Source of the DNA: Stramenopiles sp. TOSAG23-3 | Taxonomy: Eukaryota | Assembly (NCBI GenBank): GCA_900128585.1 | Contig: LT642156.1 | Span: 1 to 56,881, forward strand | Length of the DNA: 56,881 nt | Direction of reading: 5' to 3' | Shown here: one piece after another, positions 10,709 through 21,406 of the stretch | Layout of the letters: each line of letters opens with the position of its first letter | Numbering within the stretch: the first letter of the stretch is position 1 | Translations under genes and position numbers: made by a program | Notes under the pieces: generated by a model | What the model was told of the DNA's origin: nothing | Databases searched by the model: none | Seen by the model: only the letters and a program-made list of their open reading frames with translations

Positions 10709-11746
10709 ATGGCTGACACAAAAACGCCCTTATTGTCAGCAGCTGGCTCCGCAAACAAAGCGGAAGACGTGTACGACCAAGGTTCAAATTTTTCAGGGCA
10801 TAACTTGGAAAACGGTATTTTTTACCGCCACTGGAGCGTTCCATCAGGAACGAAAGCGCGCGCAGTACTGTTTGTCTTCCATGGTGTTCATGAGCATTCA
10901 GGGAGATACGCTGATTTTGGAAACAAGTGCGCCTCTGCTGGGTTCGACGTGTTTGCCATTGACCACTTCGGGCACGGACGTTCCCCCGGATACACTGAAG
11001 GCGCAGAAGGCGACGTGGGCGAGAAAGGGTTTTTCGACGGGGTAGTCGCAAACGCGGTGGACTTAGTCAATACAGAATCCGCTGGCAAAGATTTGCCGGT
11101 ATTTATCTTCGGACATTCGATGGGCTCGATGTGCGCATTTCTAACGGCTCACACGTTGGCCACAAACGCTTCTATGCCCACGCCGAAGGGCGTCGTCTTG
11201 TCCGGCTTTGCAATGAACCCGGGCCCAGCATCCAACAGCCCGTTCGGGCTGGCATGCCTTGGGTGCATTGTCTACTGCTGCGATGGAGTTTTTGCTCGCG
11301 CGATCGCGCGGCTAACGGCAAAGCTGGCTCCGTTGGCACCAAATAGTCCGTTAGATGTTTCCAAAACTACCAGAGACAAAAAAATGGTGATGAAAACCAC
11401 GTTGGACCAATTGCACTTCGGGGGCCCGATTCGGAACCGCACCGCATCGGCATGTTTGGCAGCTGGGTTAAAATGCAAAAATTTGGCAACAATGTGGGGC
11501 GAAGGAAATTTTCCGGCGCTTATTGTCCATGGCGAAGACGACTCTGTCACTTTACCAAGTGGATCTCAGTTTTTATTCGACCACATCCCTCAAAAGGATA
11601 AAGAGTTGATTCTCTATCCGGGGTGCTATCATGAATTATTGATGGAATTGGAGGACGATAGAGCAAAAGCAACGAAGGACATCTTGCAATGGATGGAAAA
11701 TCATTTGGTGGAGAACGAGGACAATTCTTCTAAAAATATCATCTAA
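10709..11746 (+). CDS. Alpha/beta hydrolase, monoacylglycerol lipase/lysophospholipase family
   Basis: HGVHEHSGRY, DHFGHGRS, nucleophile GHSMG, HGEDD, YHEL. First ATG at 10709. Confidence 0.9.
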   Translation: MADTKTPLLSAAGSANKAEDVYDQGSNFSGHNLENGIFYRHWSVPSGTKARAVLFVFHGVHEHSGRYADFGNKCASAGFDVFAIDHFGHGRSPGYTEGAEGDVGEKGFFDGVVANAVDLVNTESAGKDLPVFIFGHSMGSMCAFLTAHTLATNASMPTPKGVVLSGFAMNPGPASNSPFGLACLGCIVYCCDGVFARAIARLTAKLAPLAPNSPLDVSKTTRDKKMVMKTTLDQLHFGGPIRNRTASACLAAGLKCKNLATMWGEGNFPALIVHGEDDSVTLPSGSQFLFDHIPQKDKELILYPGCYHELLMELEDDRAKATKDILQWMENHLVENEDNSSKNII

Positions 11747-11944
11747 TAAAAAATAAAATAAAATCAAATAACAATTCAGACAGGATCATACGGTTGGTTT
11801 GTCTTTTGTTTTCTTCTTTTTCTTGTTGTTGATTATTGTCACATATAGTCTATTAATATGTATCTTATACGACCACGAAACGATCAAACTCAATACCGAT
11901 CATTATTTCATTGAGCAGTACCACAGACAACGAGCCCCTTTAAA

Positions 11945-11959
11945 NNNNNNNNNNNNNNN
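11945..11959. other. Assembly gap
   Basis: Run of 15 N. Confidence 0.98.
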
Positions 11960-12445
11960 TGCCGCTGTGTACTTTTAAGACCAATCAATTGGAATCTTGA
12001 CCAGAACTTGGGGAGGATCTGCAATAGGAGGATATATTTTGTTCTTGAACGGACACCTTCTTTTTTCTTTAATTTTATTACTATAAAATAACAACAGCCA
12101 ATTTTTCTTGTTTTTTTTTTTAGTATAGTAGAAGTCATTTAAATCGGATTGTGCATAATTTTTTTTTATTATTTTTTTCTCATCGCGTCGTCGTCGTCGG
12201 CGGTGGTGTGTCTTTCAAATTTACTTTTTATATTAAAAATTTAATTTCACTCCCCTCCTCCGTCCGTCCCATACCCATTATTAAAAAAAAATACACTCTT
12301 GAGGAATTGAAAAGGTAGATACAATTTTGTGAAATCTATATCCATTGACTCGTTTTCGAAAAAGCAAGATTAGCACCATCTTCAATTAAGAGGACGACTT
12401 GGTTTGCACGCTTAACGACAATGGTTGTATGAGACGGTGGTTCAA

Positions 12446-14887
12446 ATGGGGAACAAAAGCTCACACAGTTTAGCGGAGGCTCTCGTTGCAGGAGACGAAC
12501 TGAAAGCGCTGGAAAAGCTTCGGGTGTTGGAAAGTAAGCACAGGAAAATCGTAGACCCGTCAAAATTTATTTCATCCTCTCGTTCCAGCAAATTTTTTGG
12601 CACTACATTGCTGCACTGCGCTTGTCTGAGTGGATCCCAGAAGGCAATTAGCGTTTTCGTGCAGCGTGGCGCAAACGTGTGTCTGCTGAATGATTCTGGC
12701 GAGTCCGTGCTTCACTGTCTCTGCGGCGGCGGCGCCAGTAGCAGGGCTGGAATGGAAAAAGTAAGCCATCAGCGACAACCCAGGCTAGACTCCCTATATT
12801 TCTTGCTAAAGCTTGGTTTGGGCGACGCCACAATCAATTGTATAGATCGGCAAGGTAGGACTGCACTTCACCACGCCGCAAGAAAAGGAAGAGTGGAAAT
12901 GTGTAAAGGTCTGCTTTCGGCCGGGGCAAAGCCTGGGATTTTAAATTCGATAAACCAGAGCGCAGCCGACGAAGCTCAGCTACATTCTTTCGACGAACTT
13001 GCGTCGTTGCTGGAATCTTACATAATTTTTCAATCAAAAGAAGACTGGGAAGCTTGTATAGACACTAGATTAGCGCGGCAAACGTCGACGGAGGGCGGAG
13101 AATGCCTTATCCTGCAGGACGTGCGGAGAGAAAAGGACTCAGCCCTGGTGAACATGTCGCAGATGTTAGGTATTCCCCTCTGGACCGCTGAAGCCCTGCT
13201 GAGAAAACACAAATGGAACTCACAGAGAACGGCAACGGAGTACCTTGCAAACCCGCGGAAAGCGTGCGAAAGTGCTGGCGCAATCGTTTGGCGGCACCAG
13301 TACGGTGGCGAAAATGCTGTCATAAATGCGTGCTTGACTTGTGGGGACACGGGCGGGTCTGAAGAAAGGAAAAATTTTGTTGGGGTTGTGTACGATGGCG
13401 AGGTGTACGAGGACGTGGAGTTTTTGAAAGCTATTCAGCTCTCCGCCTTGTCTGGGAGGAAAAAAATGACGATCGCGCGTGTGATCAACCAATTGCAGTC
13501 GCAGATATTTAACAATGAACAAGCTCATGGGTCCTTAACGAAGAGTCCTCAGTCCAGTAGCAATCGCGCTTTGATCGAATTGCCTGCGTGTCAGCACAAA
13601 CTCTGTAAGAACTGTTGGAGAATTTACCTTGAGATGAAAATTAAGACTGGCGACATGAAAATATCGTGCCCTTCTCAAAATTGTAACAACGTCGTTCCTA
13701 TCGACATTATAGAAACGTTGATTCCGCCCGAGTTTACAAGAAAGTATCTCTATTTTGACCTCAAAAGTTTTGTAGAAAACAACAACGTACTGGATTGGTG
13801 CCCTGCCCCTGGGTGCGATTTAGCGATGAAAATGAGCGTTGATTATTCTTCAGCGTATGGTCGAAACAGTGCTGGTAGAAAGTCATCGAACGCTAGGAGA
13901 GCGAAACGAGGCAGCAAGAAGAAACGCTACCGCTCCAAGGTGGAACTCAACGCCGGCAAACAAGCGATGTTTCAGAGTGCCACCTGCTTTAACGGCCACC
14001 AGTACTGCTTCGCATGCAAGGGTTTGCCCCATGATCCTGCTCCCTGCGAGGATATGCAGGAGTGGGCGTCCCTCACCGAGGAATACATGGATTTGGTGGG
14101 CGGGGATGATACACGCAAAGCAAGCAGCGAGAGCGATCTAGCATCTACTATTTGGCTTCGCGCAAATACGAAGGAGTGCCCCAAGTGCAATGTTATGATC
14201 CAAAAGAACGATGGGTGCAACCACATGACGTGCAGAAAATGCCGCCACGACTTTTGCTGGATCTGCATGGGGGAATGGAAAGATCACTCCAATGCAACGG
14301 GCGGTTTCTTCCGATGTAATATATATAAAGGTGCTGGGCCCAAAACGAACACGGAAGAAAAAGCCGCGGCGGATAAAAAACAGGCAGAGTCCGTTGCGTT
14401 TGTACATTTTTATACCCGCGCTAGGGCACACGAAGATTCTCTGTGCTTAGAAGCGAATTTGCTGGCTTCTGCAGAGGGCCGAATGCTTGACATTTTGGGC
14501 GGGTTCACAAAGCGGCAGCAGTCTTTGTCGGGTCAGAAGGGTGCTGTTAGTGAAAACACGGACGTAATGTTCTTGAAACATGCGTTTGAAATTCTACTCA
14601 AATCCAGGAGATTGCTTAGATCGACGTGGATTTGGGCGTATTACCACGCCCGCTTTTTGGTCGAAGAAAACCTGCACAGCGGCACGTCAGGTCGCCCAGA
14701 GGAGTCCAGGTGGCGAGGAGATTTGGTCGCTGGGCTCAACCTGTTATCTTCCTCGTGCGAGTCCATCAGTGATATGGTGGCACGTCGTAGGTTTCGGCAT
14801 TCCCGTGGATGTATAGTTGACGCAACGAATAAGTTGCAGGGGGCGGCACTTGCGTTCAAAACTATTCTGAAATCTGGGGATCATTGA
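12446..14887 (+). CDS. Ankyrin + Ariadne-type RBR E3 ubiquitin ligase (ANKIB1-like)
   Basis: MGNKSS start with myristoylation-type Gly2. Ankyrin GRTALHHAARKG. UBA-like AEALLRKHKWN. IBR WCPAPGC...CFAC..PHDPAPC. RING2 TKECPKCNVMIQKNDGCNHMTCRKCRHDFCWIC. Ariadne FVHFYTR and LLKSRRLLRSTWIWAYY. Confidence 0.92.
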   Translation: MGNKSSHSLAEALVAGDELKALEKLRVLESKHRKIVDPSKFISSSRSSKFFGTTLLHCACLSGSQKAISVFVQRGANVCLLNDSGESVLHCLCGGGASSRAGMEKVSHQRQPRLDSLYFLLKLGLGDATINCIDRQGRTALHHAARKGRVEMCKGLLSAGAKPGILNSINQSAADEAQLHSFDELASLLESYIIFQSKEDWEACIDTRLARQTSTEGGECLILQDVRREKDSALVNMSQMLGIPLWTAEALLRKHKWNSQRTATEYLANPRKACESAGAIVWRHQYGGENAVINACLTCGDTGGSEERKNFVGVVYDGEVYEDVEFLKAIQLSALSGRKKMTIARVINQLQSQIFNNEQAHGSLTKSPQSSSNRALIELPACQHKLCKNCWRIYLEMKIKTGDMKISCPSQNCNNVVPIDIIETLIPPEFTRKYLYFDLKSFVENNNVLDWCPAPGCDLAMKMSVDYSSAYGRNSAGRKSSNARRAKRGSKKKRYRSKVELNAGKQAMFQSATCFNGHQYCFACKGLPHDPAPCEDMQEWASLTEEYMDLVGGDDTRKASSESDLASTIWLRANTKECPKCNVMIQKNDGCNHMTCRKCRHDFCWICMGEWKDHSNATGGFFRCNIYKGAGPKTNTEEKAAADKKQAESVAFVHFYTRARAHEDSLCLEANLLASAEGRMLDILGGFTKRQQSLSGQKGAVSENTDVMFLKHAFEILLKSRRLLRSTWIWAYYHARFLVEENLHSGTSGRPEESRWRGDLVAGLNLLSSSCESISDMVARRRFRHSRGCIVDATNKLQGAALAFKTILKSGDH

Positions 14888-15288
14888 TTTGTTGCAAGGT
14901 CTGCGAAAGGACGAAGCAAAACTCTTTTAAAAAATTTATTATTTTGGTAACAGCCAATATTTTGTTTTTATTTTGGGTTCATACACTTTTAAAAGTAAGG
15001 GGCACGTAATTTGTTTATTTTTCTTAATAAAGCTGACACTCTCTTAAAAATTTTCCGAGTGTTTTAAGAGAGGTGAGTACACAAGGAAATGATAGTCAAG
15101 ACTGAGTGACAAGAGGGTATATTGATTCACTAATCACAACAGCAGATATCAGTTCGTACGTTAGTACATTTATTTTAATTACTTAAATAACAGCCAATTT
15201 TTCGTTTATTAAGTACACAGGTAATTTCTAAATTTGACACAATCGCCGCAACAGCTTAGAATTAGATGCTCTAATTGCCATCACACTC

Positions 15289-17431
15289 CTACCTAACCAA
15301 CGATCTATTAAATGTTATTGTCAAGTCATTTTTCAATACGTCTTCGCCGTGCGAGACTTGGTTTTTGTGACGACTGAAGCCGATGCAATCGGCGGCGTCC
15401 ATTGCCATATTAGCAATGAATCTACCCGGTTCCATTTCGCCATTTTCAATCGCTTTGATTTGGGCACGTTCTTTCTTTCTTTGCTCCTCCCAGTAGTGCA
15501 GCTCGTGTATTAGCTCCTCCTCCTCCTTGTTCATTTGCTCCATGCTTTTCTCATGGTCAAACACCCGTCGTTTTCTCTCTCTACGCTCTTGCTCTAACAC
15601 TTCCATCCCAGCAGCTGCAAGCAATTTTGCCTCTCGATCCTCCTTGGCGGCAGTAACGTCTTGTAGCACCAACGCCTGTGTCGTTTCTAATGCTTCCATT
15701 CTGGCATTCAAACTCTCTGATTCTACCGCTCGCATATGCCACCACTCTGCCTTTGGACCAGAGCAGCAGTAGTTCTCTAGCCGTTTATCTTCGTACGCCC
15801 TCCCATCCAATCGGTAGTGAAAACTGTTGGACACGAACTTCCTTTCTTCGGAGGCATAAATGCTAACGTCTATGGTTTGGTTGTCAACGAGGACTTCGCC
15901 AGAGTTAAACCACTCGTACCTGAGAGCTGAGAGACGAGGGTCAACGCTCGATGAACCGCCCCAAGGCGTATCGTACTTGACCAAATAATTCAGCCCGTCG
16001 CTGTTTGAAAATTGGGGCACGTGACAATTGTTCTTTACCATTTGAATGTAATCTTCCGAAAATGCTTCCTTGGTGGGGGCGGGTACTATGTCAGTGATCA
16101 CCGCGGTGCACAAACTTTCTTCGAACTCACCATGGTCCAGAAAATTCGACACTTCCCAGGCCACACGAGACGCAATATGCTTCGCTTCAGGCGAGTTGTC
16201 GCCCTCACTCTCTCCCTTCTCGGTACCGTTCGGCATCGTGACACCATACCCATTCAAGTGCATAATGGCCAGTTGCGCACATATGAGCTTCAGGAGTAGT
16301 TTAAATGCATTCTTTTCGATTGGCTTTACCGTTTTCTTCTTGAACTGGACCTTCGAACTCATTTCGTCTATGTACCCTTTGGAGTTTTTACTGGCCAGGT
16401 GGCAGACAATTATCGCGTAGTTTAATGCTTTCAGCCACTTCTGTTCAGGTGATTCTTGCGATGGCAGGCCTTGAACGTAGTCCAAGTGCCCGGGCAAAAG
16501 CTTCAGAACCCACTTGTACATATTCTTGCTCTGACGAAGGTGCTGGCGGAGACTTTTTGACGCATCTACAGGGCAGTAGCGCAGGGGCAACCCGTCCGTA
16601 TAGACGAATTTTGTTCGATTTTTGTAGTACCCCCTCAAGAATTTTTCGCACAAGTGTTGAACCTTGCTTCCTTTTGGTTTGAATGGGGACAAATTAAACC
16701 ACGACATTCCCTTTGTTTTTTCAGAAACGAAGTTAAAAATATTTGTCTCTAAATGTTGCATCGTAAGCGCGCGATGACAGGGCTGCGTTACAGTTATTTT
16801 GGCACCAATTTTGTGCCGCGTATATTCGTGGTCCCTTTTACCTTCGCGCAGGTGCCTGCAATATTTTTGCACATATTCATCTGGAGAATTGTTCTCAGCA
16901 AAATCTTGATCTTCGTTTACAGTGGAAATCCAATCGTTAAACAGTGTGACGCTTTCTTTCTCTAGTACGGCATTGACTCGCCCTTGTCGACGGTACCCGG
17001 GAGTGACTAAGAGTTCCAGCCGCGATAACTTCAGGTTAGGGGAGAAAACAGCCCCCCCCCGATTTTTGTGCTCGTTGCGACAAAACACCTTTCTCTTTCG
17101 TATCTCCAGAAGCCCCCGCTTTAATGGCTTTCGGCTTTGTTTCCAAAGAGCTATTTAACCATCTCGTAAAGTTACGTCGCATTAGGTTGCGGGCAATAGA
17201 CTTGGAGAGTTTCAAAATAGTTCGAACGCCGGCTCGCTTTCTACGCAAGTGCATCCCAAGGATAGCATTTCTTTCGTCAGAGGCGAAGCGGGCAACTGCA
17301 TCTTCGTGAGTGTCTAAGAATTCTTTGTATTTACTGCTATCTTCTTTCCGGCTTCCCCCCAAGATTGACTTGAAGAACTTAACGTCGCCCTCGGTCGTTG
17401 TCCTCACCGGGTCGGTGGCGATAGTCGACAT
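15289..17431 (-). CDS. Uncharacterised protein with C-terminal coiled coil, split into two overlapping ORFs at a G9 homopolymer
   Basis: ATG ORF 17431-17036 overlaps non-ATG ORF 17088-15289. Removing one base from the C9 run at 17052-17060 fuses them. Coding-like composition is continuous. Confidence 0.6.
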
Positions 17432-18755
17432 TCCTTCAACTGGTTTGTGTTGATGGGACTAGTAAAGCAGGTGTACGCGTAAGTTGGTCAGTCAGGCACA
17501 AAATGGTCTCGTTTTTCGTTGCGGTTTCTGCATCAGCAACAGCCCACTGCCATAGCTAGCAGGATATTTTCACACGAGGTTGGAGTAAGTAATCTTGATC
17601 TAGTAGAAGAGGATGAAAATATTTTCTTGCGGTAGTTTAAAAAATACAACAAAAAAATTAATAAAAAATAATATATAATAGGACTATAATAATAATTAAA
17701 TAATAACAATTGTATGCAGGACCGACGGAGGAGTTAGTAGTGAGAGTAGTCGATATATAATACAAGGACTACGTATTTAATACCGGTGACAGTAATAAGT
17801 CCTCGTAGACGACTATGAAGCAAGCTGATCTCGATCTTTCCTGATCGTAGTACCGTAGCGACAAAAACAACTGTACGTACATTGGAGATATGTGTCCATA
17901 CAGAGACTACGTACCTTACAGGAACCCAGGTACAGGTACCTGGTGTTTAAAAAGACTAAATACCTGGTATACCGATAATAGACGACTAGACTAGTAACAA
18001 TAAGTCAATTATGTTTCGTATAAATAATAATACAATGAAATAAATGCATGGCTGCCTATCCTACAGTCCTCGTAGGTTTAATAAATTGGAACCAAATAGT
18101 CGTCTATAAGCTAATAAGACTAGAGAGGCCTACGTAATATTAATATACTATAATTTAAAATCTGAACCGCCCAAAGCAACTCGACGTTTCTAATTTTATT
18201 ATATAACACAGCATTATATATATTACCTATCAAAATTATACTAAAAACTATTTACATTACATAATTGTAACAAAAACTTAACTCTCAGGCTCATAGCATA
18301 GCTCTTAGGAACGTTGTCTTTAATTTCCTTAGTCTATTTAGTCAGTCTAATATAAAAAAACAACAACCGTTACCTTTTCTTCTATTTACATATACACAGT
18401 ATTGCGTATTGGTAAATAAATATTGAAAAAAAAAGGAACGAGAGAGAAGAATGAATTATTTTGAAAAAACGTTGATAGGAATACAAAGTACAACACTACA
18501 AATATAAGTACTAACCCATTTTGATTAAAAAAATCAGATGAGAGAGTGGGGTGGACGACCGACCTCCTCTGACTGAAGTGTTTTTTGTTTTTTTACCACA
18601 GTTTTCTATGGAGTTCGAAGTCCTGGCCCAACTTGTGAACACGAAAATGAAGGGACCAAATTTATTATTTGTTATTTAGATTGTCTAGATTTTACGCACG
18701 ACAAAAGAATACACTATTTACAAGGAACAGATTGCACCAGAAATATAAGTGGATC

Positions 18756-20405
18756 ATGGCATTTCTTTTCAAACTATCGGAGAAGGATGCCGCGGCGAAG
18801 CAGGCAAAGAGGGACGCACTAATTGCGGGATTGCAAGAGCAGGTAAACGAACGCCAGGCGAAGAAAGACAAGGCCGAGTGGGAACGGAAACAGAGAGAAG
18901 ATTCCGAGTTGAGAAAATTAGAAGCGCAAGGATTAGATATGTGGGGCAGACCATTGAAAGGCATCGATGTCAACAGGTCCCAGATGAGCGCCAGAAGCCA
19001 GGCAAAGGGAAGCCCCTCCCGAGCCCCCAGAAACGCTGCCGTTCACTCGCGCGCTGACGCTCGCAGAGGCAATGGCGGTGCAGAACAACAGGAAAACATG
19101 GGCTCCCCCATCAAGTCCAGCAGACAGTTTATGGGAGCACTATCAGAAATGTACGGGCCAAGCGAGAAGGAAAGAAGCGCGAAAGAATTAGCGCGTTTAA
19201 AGTTGCAAGCGGACTTAGCGGAGCAAGTGCGAGCAAAACAGGCCATCAAGGACGCCGAGAAGGCACGTCTGCTCAAACAGGAAGCGGATGAAATCCAGGA
19301 AATGGCTGCAAAGGGGCTAGATATTTGGGGAAGGCCACTACCACCGGGGAAAAAACCATTCGTGCCTAAACAGCGCAGCAGCCACATCGAAAACCACAGC
19401 AACAAACAGCAAAGCAGCCGTTACAAGTCTCCGCGAGTTACGCCACGGCATATGCCCCAAAACGAGCCGCCTCATGTCGTTGTGACCGCCCCACACATCC
19501 CGAAAATCGATTTGTCACGCCGTACCGTCCGGCCAGAGAGCGACAGGGCAGACTCATTCGCCGCTCTAGGCCCGATGGGAGAATCACACGAAAACTATAG
19601 AGACGAAGATCTGGAGCGTGAGATTGACGAGGAAGAGCGAATCCTTTCCGAAAGGCTGCCAAGTAGTTTAGACGAGCTGACAAATCTGTGCCAGAAGCTC
19701 CTGAAAGAGCAGGTGCAGCTGCGGAAAATGGTCGAAAAGCGGGAAGACATCCTTGAGCGAAAGTCGCCTCTTCGTAAACCACGGCTAGCCGGCGGCCCAG
19801 GTATGCAAATGCACAACAAACAGAAAAGAAGGAAACCAAGGACGCCAACCGGAGCGCGCAAGCCAACTCGTTCGAGGCGGCCCACAGGACAGGCCCCGGC
19901 CGACCTCCCTTTCGGCCGTCGCCTGGCAAACAGGATCCGGGGTCGCACCAAGGTAGACGACTACGGCGATTACAGAAGGTCCAAGGAAGAAATTGTTGAT
20001 GCGAAAAAGAGGCGGGCAGCGGTGCGCGCAGAATATGCTAACAAAAGTCGATTACGCAACAATAGACAAGCCCCTCAAAACCAAAACATCCTTCCCAGCG
20101 TGATCGGTCGCGAGAAGACGAACGCGCTGTCTTCGTCCAGCAAATTTGTCTACGATTCAAAAAATGTTGTTTTTAGCGATGTTGTTGACAAGCGCCACCC
20201 TGACGCGCTCAGTGCGGGCGTCGGCAAAAAGCCAAGAAAACGTGCGAGGAAACCTCGTAGAAGAAGACCGTCTGAACCCGCAGCTCCCGCCCCTCAACAA
20301 AAAAATTTGAAGCCTCCAATACCAAGGCAACCGCGCCGAAAGCCAAGAAAGAGAATGAAGGAATTGCCAAAGTTCGTTTTTGATCCTTCCCAAGTTAAAA
20401 TCTAA
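18756..20405 (+). CDS. Basic coiled-coil protein with two internal repeats; weak resemblance to CCDC66/CSPP1-type centrosomal/ciliary proteins
   Basis: Repeats LQEQV..RQAKKD...GLDMWGRPL and LAEQV..KQAIKD...GLDIWGRPL. First ATG at 18756. The family call is tentative. Confidence 0.65.
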   Translation: MAFLFKLSEKDAAAKQAKRDALIAGLQEQVNERQAKKDKAEWERKQREDSELRKLEAQGLDMWGRPLKGIDVNRSQMSARSQAKGSPSRAPRNAAVHSRADARRGNGGAEQQENMGSPIKSSRQFMGALSEMYGPSEKERSAKELARLKLQADLAEQVRAKQAIKDAEKARLLKQEADEIQEMAAKGLDIWGRPLPPGKKPFVPKQRSSHIENHSNKQQSSRYKSPRVTPRHMPQNEPPHVVVTAPHIPKIDLSRRTVRPESDRADSFAALGPMGESHENYRDEDLEREIDEEERILSERLPSSLDELTNLCQKLLKEQVQLRKMVEKREDILERKSPLRKPRLAGGPGMQMHNKQKRRKPRTPTGARKPTRSRRPTGQAPADLPFGRRLANRIRGRTKVDDYGDYRRSKEEIVDAKKRRAAVRAEYANKSRLRNNRQAPQNQNILPSVIGREKTNALSSSSKFVYDSKNVVFSDVVDKRHPDALSAGVGKKPRKRARKPRRRRPSEPAAPAPQQKNLKPPIPRQPRRKPRKRMKELPKFVFDPSQVKI

Positions 20406-20628
20406 AATGAAGCAGACGTGCTTTGCCAAAAGCAAGACAGTACGATGACCTACCTCACTAAAAAAAATAGAAACACACAATTATTGTATTACAAGAAATG
20501 TCAAACTCTGGTTTTAATTTGATTCTGATTGATCATTCAGTTCTGCAAAAATAGATCGAAGCTTTGTGTGTTCGCCGTCGGATTAATTTGTGGTTTTGTT
20601 GCAGTTTTCCAATTTACATTGTACTCTA

Positions 20629-20961
20629 ATGAAGCGAGCTCAGGGGGGGGACCCGGCAGTTGTACGCTTGACAGAGGAGTTGAAAAAAAAATACAAATGC
20701 GAATTTCCAGGATGCGACGCCTTTATTGTTGCATGTGAGGAAGGGCAGTTTAACGATATTGAACACTACGTTAGACTAACGTTGCCAATGGTTATGAATT
20801 GTGGGACAATTGTCAAAAAAGTGCGGAGACGTTTATGGATAAAATCGATGAGTTGGCAATTTTCATTAAAAGAAAAGTTGAAGGTGCCGGGGAGCAAAAC
20901 TGAGAAGTATGAAATGAATCTAGACTCTAGAAGGAACATATTTTTTATATTACTACTATAA
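20629..20961 (+). pseudogene. Possible short or decayed ankyrin-like gene fragment
   Basis: EFPGCDAFIVACEEGQFNDIEHYV resembles one ankyrin repeat. The ORF runs into AT-rich sequence with no further repeats. Confidence 0.3.
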
Positions 20962-21406
20962 TACAAGGTACGTGGAACCTGGTACGGTACCAGGGACACA
21001 ACAAAATAAATAACAGCCATTATTATTAATAAGCTTTTGTTTTTGATTTTTTATAAGTTTATTCTATACTATCTCCTCTCAGATGGGTCCAAATGACAAA
21101 ATTATTATTATGTGAGTGAAAATAAATTTTATTATTTCGTATTTTTTGAACCAAACCATAGCAATAATAACAACGGAATGGGGTCGAAGAATGTTGTTGT
21201 TCTGTTTTAAGAAATATATAATACCAACGGAAATCATGAAACAAAATGTTTTGTTGGGATAATCTACGATGTAAATGTTTCTGTTTTTCCACAAGTACAA
21301 AAACTAAATGTAACTACATGCATAGATGTAACTACATGTATACGTAGAGGAAGCGGAAACTACATTTTCATTCATCATCCGGAGTTTGAGGGATCGGGAT
21401 AGAAGA

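Noticed and set aside
11900-12060. GC-richer fragment around the N gap as an ncRNA or exon
   Set aside because: No recognisable RNA or protein motif, and the gap prevents interpretation.
15039-15072. 11-bp inverted repeat between convergent genes as a terminator
   Set aside because: Intrinsic terminators are prokaryotic, and an AT-rich stem of this length can occur by chance.
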